Shown: in pieces, positions 57,076 to 64,000 of the stretch
How positions within the stretch are numbered: position 1 is the first letter of the stretch
Layout of the letters: each line of letters begins with the position of its first letter
DNA from: a virus
Taxonomy: Duplodnaviria > Heunggongvirae > Uroviricota > Caudoviricetes
DNA: 64,000 nt
IMG/VR virus record: IMGVR_UViG_3300046694_000587
Reading direction: 5' to 3' (one strand)
The notes under the pieces: model-generated
What the model was told of the DNA's origin: nothing
What the model saw: the letters and a program-made list of their open reading frames with translations, nothing else
Database searches by the model: none
Program-made: the position numbers and the translations under genes

Positions 57076-57942
57076 ATGTTGAAGAAATCCCTGGTGGCTC
57101 TGGCCGCCGTTATTGGCGGCGCCGCCGCTATGCCCGCCTTTGCGGCCAACGCACTCAAGTGCGAGCCGCCGGTGATTCAGGTCACCGCCGACGACAATGC
57201 TTCGGCGCAATACACCGTGCAATGCGTCGGAGCAGCGGCGCTTACCGTGACTCCGACGGTATCGTTCTCGGGCGAAGTGTACGCGAACGCCACGCCCCCT
57301 TACGAAGTGAAAGCGTCGTACCACATTGACGTGCGCGATGTCATCGCGCGTAAGGTTGGCCAGGATGCCCGCGACGACCAGGTCGCGCAGGGTACGCTCC
57401 AGGCGAGCACGGTCTCGGTGGCTGCATTGCCGTCGCAGTTTGCCGCGCAGACCGAGTGGGACGGCAAGTCCAACACGCTCTCCATCGAAGAAAAGCCGGG
57501 TGTCTGGCGCGCGTTCGTCATCACGCCTGTGGCAGATGCAGGTCAGGCCTTGTCCGACGCGGGCGTGGCTTCTGCTCCGGTGAAGGACGGCCGTTCGGTC
57601 TCGAAGGTCGTGCTCGGTAAGGCAATCTCGCGTTTCGCTGGCAAGGGCGCCGACCAGCCGGTCGTGACGGCTCAACTGGGCCTGCGTGACGGCAAGTTTG
57701 AGGTGCTGGTGGGCGAATCGCGCGCGGCCTCCCAGCAAGCGGTGCAGGACGCACTGCTCAAACTGGACAAGAAGCCGTCGGACGTCGCCCGCGCGTGGGC
57801 ATTGGCGTCGGTCGCCCAGTTCCTCGGACTGGATGACGAAGTGCGTTATGCGGAGCAGCGCGTCGCCGCGCACAGCCCACAGCTGCTGGAAGAATTCCGG
57901 CAGAACGTAGAGCGCATCAAGCCCTACACGCTGACCCAATAA
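57076..57942 (+). CDS. secreted hypothetical protein
   Basis: signal peptide MLKKSLVALAAVIGGAAAMPAFA. Confidence 0.5.
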   Translation: MLKKSLVALAAVIGGAAAMPAFAANALKCEPPVIQVTADDNASAQYTVQCVGAAALTVTPTVSFSGEVYANATPPYEVKASYHIDVRDVIARKVGQDARDDQVAQGTLQASTVSVAALPSQFAAQTEWDGKSNTLSIEEKPGVWRAFVITPVADAGQALSDAGVASAPVKDGRSVSKVVLGKAISRFAGKGADQPVVTAQLGLRDGKFEVLVGESRAASQQAVQDALLKLDKKPSDVARAWALASVAQFLGLDDEVRYAEQRVAAHSPQLLEEFRQNVERIKPYTLTQ

Positions 57943-57997
57943 GCCTCGTCATCGCGCCGGAGAGCATCCGGCGCGTCTCCTTTTCTCTGGACCATCC

Positions 57998-60178
57998 ATG
58001 AAACTCAAGACCATTGCGCTCGCAATGCTGCTCTCGGCTACCGGCGGCGCGTACGCCTCGCCGACCATGCAGAGCTGCTCCCCGATGGAAGTCGCGCATA
58101 ACGGCTCGGCAGGCATCTCGTATAACCTGAAATGCGAAGCTGGCAGCTGGGCGCTCAGCTATAAGGGCTCGGTGCCGGCGGGTACCGACTCGGTGCTCGC
58201 GAATTACCGGCTCGACGTGAGCAATCCCGACGGCAGCAGCTTCACCCAGAACCGTTCGGTTCGTCTGCCGTCGCCGGCGATGCTCGGCCAGGCCTTGCTG
58301 CGCGAAGCCGTCGTGCTCGACGGCGGCGACCTCGCGCTGCGCGACTGCGCAGAATTCAGCTGCACGCTGTACCGCCCGCTGGGCAGCGGCGACAAGCTCG
58401 CAAAGGCGACCATCACGGTCACTCCGGAGCAAAAGCGGCTTTCGGACGAAGCAACCCGGCTCAGCGGTGACCTCAAGCAGCGCCAGGCGGACCTCGCGGC
58501 CCAAACCGCCAAGGTTGCCGCGCTCGAGCAGCAGGTGAAAGACCTGTCCGTCAAGCTGGACGGCTCCGGCAAGTCGCTTAGCGAGGCGAAAGCCGCGCTC
58601 GAGGCAGCCAAGGAACAGTCGAACGCCGACATTACGGGTCTGATGGCTTCCAGCAAGGCTGACGCGGCGAAGGCCGCAGCGGCGGACGGCGCCAAGACCG
58701 GCGCGCAGGTCGCGCTTCTGACGGCACAGATTATCAGCTCCAACAACGCCCTCGAGCAGGTCAAGAAGGATTTCGCAGCCTGTGAAGCGGCTCACAAGGC
58801 TGCCGAAGCTGCGAAATCCAAAGCTGACGCTGAAGTCGAAGCGCGCGGAAAGCAGGTAGCCGAGCTGCAGGCCCAACTGACGGCCGTGACCGCGAAGCTC
58901 AATGCCGCGGTATCGAGTGCCGACGCCCAAGCTGCCGAGCTCGCAAACACTCAGGTACAGGCCGGTAAAGGGCAGTTCGCCAATCTCGCTCTGTCGCGCC
59001 TCAAGGCCGATGCAGCTAGCGGTGAGGTGCAGACGCTCACGTCGAAGGTCGACGAGCTCGAATCAAAGCTGGCCGCCGCGAATGCAAAGCTGCAAGATGC
59101 TCAGGCCAGCCAGGTCTCGAGCGAAACCATCCGCGCCGCCGCGGCCGCCGGCCGGGAGAAGCAGCACGGGGAATTCGAAGCAGCGCTTGCCGCCGCCAAT
59201 ACTACCAACGCGGAACTGACCAACGCACACGCGGCGCAGGTCTCCGCGCTTCAATCCGCGCTCACAGAGGCTAACAACAAGCTTTCCGCCTCCCAGGCGC
59301 AGTTCGACGCTTACGTGGCGCAGCAGGCCGGCGCGCAGGCAGAGCAGAAGCTCTCGAGCGCCGCACAAGGTGCAGAGCTGGACGACCTCCGGGCCAAGCT
59401 GGCAGCCGCCGTGTCACAAGTCGCCGAGCAGGCCAAGCAACTGACCGAAGCGCAGTCCGCGCTGACGAAAACCCAGCAAGCTGGCGCCACTGCAGCCCAA
59501 TCAGTCACCGGGGAATCCGGTCTCGCCGACCAGCTGGCAACTGCGAAGGCAGAGCGCGATGCCGCAAAGGCAGACGTGGCCACGCTCACGGACAAGCTGG
59601 CCGCCGTGCAACCGCAGCTGGAAAAGATGTCGCTCGAGCGCGACGACATGGCCAAGCGCGCCAAGCAGGTAGCGAAGGACATGCTGACGGCGCTGGACAA
59701 GCTTCAGGAAGCCCAGGAAGCCAAGGCCGAAGAAGACAAGGTCCTGCAGGACACGACCATCAAGGTGATGGACCTGTCCACCAAGCTGCAAGCGGCCAAC
59801 ATGACGCGCGAACTGGCGATGCAGGCAGCGACCGCCGCAAACGCCGACACCGACAACCAGCACCTGCAGAACAAACAGCTCGCATTGCAGCTGAGCCGCA
59901 CGCAGGAGCAGGTCAAGTCCCTCAGCGCCGAACGTGACGACCTGGCCGCCAAGCTGCAAACGGGCACGCCGGCACAGCCGTCGACGACCAGCGCTCCGAA
60001 AACCAACGGCGAGGCAGCAACGCTCACGCCGGACGTCGAGAGCAAGCGCCGCATCGACGCGCTCGAACAGTCGAATTCGACGTTGGGCAAGGTCGTAGAC
60101 GCCCTGCGCGCAGAGCTCGCGAACCAGAAAAATTCGGCAAATTCGACCACATCGGTTGCTACGAAACATGTAAAATAG
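57998..60178 (+). CDS. secreted long coiled-coil protein
   Basis: signal peptide; ~550 aa A/Q/K/E-rich heptad-like sequence; N-terminal domain paralogous to the 57076 protein. Confidence 0.55.
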   Translation: MKLKTIALAMLLSATGGAYASPTMQSCSPMEVAHNGSAGISYNLKCEAGSWALSYKGSVPAGTDSVLANYRLDVSNPDGSSFTQNRSVRLPSPAMLGQALLREAVVLDGGDLALRDCAEFSCTLYRPLGSGDKLAKATITVTPEQKRLSDEATRLSGDLKQRQADLAAQTAKVAALEQQVKDLSVKLDGSGKSLSEAKAALEAAKEQSNADITGLMASSKADAAKAAAADGAKTGAQVALLTAQIISSNNALEQVKKDFAACEAAHKAAEAAKSKADAEVEARGKQVAELQAQLTAVTAKLNAAVSSADAQAAELANTQVQAGKGQFANLALSRLKADAASGEVQTLTSKVDELESKLAAANAKLQDAQASQVSSETIRAAAAAGREKQHGEFEAALAAANTTNAELTNAHAAQVSALQSALTEANNKLSASQAQFDAYVAQQAGAQAEQKLSSAAQGAELDDLRAKLAAAVSQVAEQAKQLTEAQSALTKTQQAGATAAQSVTGESGLADQLATAKAERDAAKADVATLTDKLAAVQPQLEKMSLERDDMAKRAKQVAKDMLTALDKLQEAQEAKAEEDKVLQDTTIKVMDLSTKLQAANMTRELAMQAATAANADTDNQHLQNKQLALQLSRTQEQVKSLSAERDDLAAKLQTGTPAQPSTTSAPKTNGEAATLTPDVESKRRIDALEQSNSTLGKVVDALRAELANQKNSANSTTSVATKHVK

Positions 60179-60224
60179 TGCTATAGGAACTTGACAAATT
60201 CCGCATAGGACAGCAGGACATCGC

Positions 60225-60254
60225 AAAAAAGCCCGCCAAAAGCGGGCTTTTTTG
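60225..60254 (+). terminator. rho-independent terminator
   Basis: AAAAAAGCCCGC-caaaa-GCGGGCTTTTTT. Confidence 0.65.
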
Positions 60255-60426
60255 CGTCTGAATTCAAACATTTGCGGTATACGCTACGATTTACACGGTG
60301 TATCACGCTATACATAGTGCAATCGAGGACATACCGAAAATTGCACAATCTGTGAGGAAACACAGGGAGGAAGAGCCCCAGTACCAAAAATCTGCTACCG
60401 TTTAAAGGGATATTTGCACATGGCGC

Positions 60427-60454
60427 TTGACAAATTGGGGATTCGTTGTAGAAT
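60427..60454 (+). promoter_or_regulatory. sigma70-like promoter TTGACA-16-TAGAAT
   Basis: TTGACA at 60427-60432, TAGAAT at 60449-60454. Confidence 0.45.
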
Positions 60455-60509
60455 GAATCCAACAGTAATATATACCCGTTACCACTGGGTACCTACATGA
60501 GAGGTTAGC

Positions 60510-61439
60510 ATGAGCCAGTTCGACCGTTATACCGTGACCGAAGAAGTCGAGGCTTACCGGGCATTCCTGGACATCAGCAAGCGCGGTTTCTTGCGCGACT
60601 ACGGCTTCGTCGAAGACGCAGACGAACAACGCAAGGGCCGTTTGCCGAAGTATCCGGAAGCGCCTGTCAAGGCACTCCAGGAGATGGTGAACCAGAAGTC
60701 GGCACGTTGCGAAGCCCCCGATACCACGGTGGGTGAACGCTACAAGTTGGCACGGGACTACATGGGCCTGAACGACGCGCAAGTGTCGCGAGAGCTCGGT
60801 GTAAGCCGGGAGTTGGTGCGCAAATGGGGATTGGACGTTCATCGTCCGTCCAACATGGAAGCACTGGCAACCCTGCTGAATGTTCCGCAGCCATGGCTGG
60901 AAGAAGGTGGGGAGCAAAACCTGCCGGCAAACAGCCACCTGGGCGTCCGTGTGGGAGAAGAGGCCCTCAAATGGCGCGAAGAGCTGTACGGTTTGACCGA
61001 AGTTGTTATTTCGGAACTCCCCGACGGTGCGGACCAGGCTTACGCTCAAGCCGCAATCGAGTGGGCCGTGTTCCAGAACTTCGAGCTCGCGCGAGCAGCA
61101 CGTCGAGCCGGTGGACGTTGGCAAATCGTTATTCAGAACCAGCAAAGCACGCTGCTCTTTTCGCCGTGGGTTCCGATTCCGGAGCATGGTCTGTCCAAGC
61201 GTTTCTGGAGTGATGAAGTTGAAGCCATCATCCAGGAAGAGCTGGCAGACAAGACTGTCTACGGCGCGTGGGAAGCCATGCGTCAGCGCTGTGAAGCAAT
61301 GGGTTTGGGCCCGGACCAATATCCGAAGCGTATTTCCCTGCATAAACGTGCAGAGAAGGACCGCATTCGTGCGGAACGTTTCGGCGTTGACCTGAACGAA
61401 ATGGTCGCTGCTTCGGTTGAGAAGTATTCGAAACAGTGA
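60510..61439 (+). CDS. HTH-containing putative regulator
   Basis: HTH LNDAQVSRELGVSRELVRKWG. Confidence 0.45.
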   Translation: MSQFDRYTVTEEVEAYRAFLDISKRGFLRDYGFVEDADEQRKGRLPKYPEAPVKALQEMVNQKSARCEAPDTTVGERYKLARDYMGLNDAQVSRELGVSRELVRKWGLDVHRPSNMEALATLLNVPQPWLEEGGEQNLPANSHLGVRVGEEALKWREELYGLTEVVISELPDGADQAYAQAAIEWAVFQNFELARAARRAGGRWQIVIQNQQSTLLFSPWVPIPEHGLSKRFWSDEVEAIIQEELADKTVYGAWEAMRQRCEAMGLGPDQYPKRISLHKRAEKDRIRAERFGVDLNEMVAASVEKYSKQ

Positions 61440-61521
61440 AGCGTTTAACCAGTCTGCGAAAGCACCGCTGTAGTTCGGAAGCAGATACCGCTATACAGGT
61501 AATATTCGTTATGGATTTATC

Positions 61522-63216
61522 ATGACAGGTAACTGCATTCTCAGAAGGCGCCCGGTATCTCACGACCGGGCCCTTATTCTGCAATCTTCGCGGGCTGGGC
61601 TGACCGAACTGGAAGCCTTGGTGCTTGCTTCGCGCGGCGCCGGGCCCGATACGCACACGCTGCCCGGGTTGTTGGGTATCTACCTGACAGACATCGAGCG
61701 CGGAGCGCTCCGCCTGCAGCAAGCCATCCTCAAGCGTGAACAAATTGTCGTCATCGCAGATTATGACTGCGATGGCGCGACCTCGTGCGCCGTCGCAGTC
61801 TCTGGACTGCACGCACTCGGGGCCGACATCGGCTACGTCGTGCCCGACCGCATGGTTCACGGCTACGGCATCTCCCCGTCCGTCGTTGACCTCGCGCGCG
61901 AGCGCTACCCGCACGCGCGCGTGCTGATGACGGTCGACAACGGCATCCTCGGACACGCAGGCATTACGCACGCTGCCAATCTCGGCATGGACGTCGTAGT
62001 GACCGACCACCACCTTCCCGGCGACAGCATTCCGATGGACGCCGTTGCAGTCATCGACCCTTCACGAGATGACGACATCAGCGGGCTCACCAAACTCGCC
62101 GGCTGCGGCGTTGCGTTGTGGCTCGTCGTCGCAGTAAAGAAGCTGCTCGCACAAGGCGGCGTAGACACTCCGCCACTGAATTTCCTGCTGCCCTATGTTG
62201 CCATCGGCACAGTCGCGGACATGGTGTCGCTCGACGTTACCAACCGCGCGCTCATCACCGTCGGTCTCGACCGCATGCGTGCAGGTGACGCACCGATTGG
62301 CATCGCCGCGCTCATCAAGGAATCCGGCAAGGCCCAGCCTTACCTGACCACCCAGGACATCGGCTTCGCCATTGGCCCGCGCATCAATGCCGCCGGCCGC
62401 CTCGACACAATGGACGCGGGTATCGACCTTCTGCTGGCGACGGACCCGAAGGAAGCGCGGCGCCTGGCCAAGCTGCTCACAGAAACGAACGAAGCACGCA
62501 AGCATCTGCAGAAGGAAGCAACAGACGACGTCTCCGCCATGATGGACTTCGGCTTCACCGAAGACATGCGCGCCATCGTGCGCGGAAGTGCTGACTGGCA
62601 CCCAGGAATTGTCGGCCTCGTCGCATCCCGTCTCAAGGAAGACTTCCATCGTCCGAGCTTCGTGTTCTCATTGGCCGATGGCTATGCAAAGGGTTCGGGC
62701 CGCTCGATTCCCGGATTTCACCTGAAAGACGCTTTGGAAAGCGTAGCTCGACGTTGTCCGGGCGTACTCGCCAAATTTGGCGGCCACGCGATGGCGGCCG
62801 GTGCAACGCTCACCAGCGCCGGAGCCCTTGAACAGTTCGAACGGGCATTCCACGACGTCGCGCGCGAGCTCATCACGGAGGAGATGCTCTCGAGCGTCAT
62901 TCTCAGTGACGGTCCGGCGCCCAATTTGAACCTGGACGCCGCGGCCCGCCTGCTGCGACACCCGTGGGGCCAAGGCTTTGATGCGCCCGCGTTCGACGAC
63001 ACGGTCATCATCGACTCGGTCAAGCCGATGGGCAAAGACGGCATTCACTGGAAGGTTGAAGCGCGAATCGGTGGTCGCCGCAGCAAGACAGAGGTCGTAC
63101 TTTTCAAGCATGCCGAGCCGGTCATCGGGCAGGAAGTCCATATGTACCTGCAACCCAGCCTGAATACCTGGCAAGGTCGCACGGTCGTGCAGTGGAGTGG
63201 GCGAGTGCTGCATTGA
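61522..63216 (+). CDS. recJ: single-stranded-DNA-specific exonuclease RecJ
   Basis: DHH motifs IADYDCDGATS...VTDHH; DHHA1 GGHAMAAG. Confidence 0.85.
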   Translation: MTGNCILRRRPVSHDRALILQSSRAGLTELEALVLASRGAGPDTHTLPGLLGIYLTDIERGALRLQQAILKREQIVVIADYDCDGATSCAVAVSGLHALGADIGYVVPDRMVHGYGISPSVVDLARERYPHARVLMTVDNGILGHAGITHAANLGMDVVVTDHHLPGDSIPMDAVAVIDPSRDDDISGLTKLAGCGVALWLVVAVKKLLAQGGVDTPPLNFLLPYVAIGTVADMVSLDVTNRALITVGLDRMRAGDAPIGIAALIKESGKAQPYLTTQDIGFAIGPRINAAGRLDTMDAGIDLLLATDPKEARRLAKLLTETNEARKHLQKEATDDVSAMMDFGFTEDMRAIVRGSADWHPGIVGLVASRLKEDFHRPSFVFSLADGYAKGSGRSIPGFHLKDALESVARRCPGVLAKFGGHAMAAGATLTSAGALEQFERAFHDVARELITEEMLSSVILSDGPAPNLNLDAAARLLRHPWGQGFDAPAFDDTVIIDSVKPMGKDGIHWKVEARIGGRRSKTEVVLFKHAEPVIGQEVHMYLQPSLNTWQGRTVVQWSGRVLH

Positions 63217-63275
63217 ATGGCGTTTTCCGTTATACGGTGGTAGGCAATACCGCCGTATTCGACGAGGAACCGGAG

Positions 63276-63505
63276 TGAGCAAGATAACTGCAGACCAGTC
63301 GGACTGGCAAGCTGATTACCTGAAGGAGCTTCAGCGGACCGCTGGCACTACACGAGGTGCAGCCTTTGAAGTCCTGGCTCCAAACGGACGATATGTCCTG
63401 AAATTCGACGACGGAATGGGCCGCACGGTGACCCGGAAGGAAGTCATTGCGATGACCGAACGACTGCGTGCAAGGCCGGACCACAAAGCCAAGTCAAAAA
63501 ATTGA
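63276..63505 (+). CDS. hypothetical protein (76 aa)
   Basis: GTG start after RBS GGAG; terminator 63514-63550. Confidence 0.3.
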
Positions 63506-63554
63506 CCAAACTCGACGACCCCTATTGCAGGGGTCGTTCTATTTTTCGGGTGCG

Positions 63555-63836
63555 TCAGAAAGGCTTCGATTCTCGCCAACTCAGCCACGTTGCGAGCCCC
63601 AACACGTAGAGCAACAGCACGCCCTCGAAAGTCGCGCGCCATGCGAAATGACACAGGGCGATTCCAGTGCTGACGCCCAGCCAGCCGATTGCCGGAACAC
63701 CAATCGCCAGCGCGGCCACGCCGAGCGCGCGATACATCCAGGGGTCCCGGCCCAGCTTGCGTGCAGTCTTGTAAAGAACGAGCTCGCTGATAACAGCGCC
63801 AAGTACGACAGCTTGAAGAAGGGTCAGTTCAGGCAT
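63555..63836 (-). CDS. small membrane protein
   Basis: hydrophobic helices; another membrane ORF continues to the window edge. Confidence 0.3.
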   Translation of the reverse strand: MPELTLLQAVVLGAVISELVLYKTARKLGRDPWMYRALGVAALAIGVPAIGWLGVSTGIALCHFAWRATFEGVLLLYVLGLATWLSWRESKPF

Positions 63837-64000
63837 GGCGCAGAGTTCGTTCTCGCAACGCGAAGTGAGCCATTTCGCACAGGCGGCCAAGCTGCGATAC
63901 AGGCCAAATCACAAGGCCGGCAGCTACATTGATGGCCAAACCAGACAGGAGCAGGCCGGCGAATACGAGCCAGCACGGCACGCGGAGCGGTATCAGTAAG

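Noticed and set aside
1-64000. tRNA, rRNA, CRISPR arrays, integrase or transposase
   Set aside because: Scanned for T-loop-like GTTCGAAT/GTTCAAAT cores with acceptor-stem context, for repeat-spacer periodicity, and for recombinase motifs. None were found.

Overview
This is a GC-rich (~60%) 64-kb window that reads like part of a large (jumbo-type) bacteriophage or phage-like element from a proteobacterial host. The identification as phage is an inference. Against a typical chromosomal locus: about 85 short, tightly packed genes on both strands, many translationally coupled through ATGA start/stop overlaps, and a promoter-like motif gCTATAC upstream of most transcription units in both orientations. 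The gene content is heavy in nucleic-acid enzymes: a 5'-3' flap exonuclease, two DnaQ-like 3'-5' exonucleases, a VRR-NUC nuclease, a topoisomerase III-like enzyme, a WGR-domain/ATP-dependent DNA ligase fusion, a NinB/Orf-like recombination mediator, RecJ, a PIN-PhoH protein, a MYG1-like exonuclease, and an HD 5'-deoxynucleotidase next to an Rcl/DNPH1-like dNMP N-glycosidase. Other recognisable products are a CobS/CobT-like AAA+/vWA pair, a second vWA protein (DUF2828-like), an Hsp90-like GHKL ATPase, a truncated ThrRS catalytic-core paralog, FKBP, SppA, an HDAC-like protein, SPFH/flotillin, a MepK-like Tat-secreted peptidase, an AI-2E transporter, a PnuC half-transporter, a MerT/MerP-like pair, and many secreted or membrane proteins. 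I recognised no rRNA, tRNA, CRISPR, integrase, transposase or virion structural gene. The most interesting items are: (1) a Thr-rich leader peptide with a rho-independent terminator, a classic attenuator, directly in front of the ThrRS paralog; (2) the pervasive CTATAC motif; (3) a structured ~230-nt non-coding transcript with its own sigma70-like promoter and terminator directly upstream of the DUF2828-like vWA protein; (4) an AT-rich iteron/palindrome region at 27.6-27.9 kb that could be an origin; (5) an overlapping ABC-type ATPase plus partner gene pair. Many long antisense ORFs in the six-frame track are GC-driven artefacts and were rejected.
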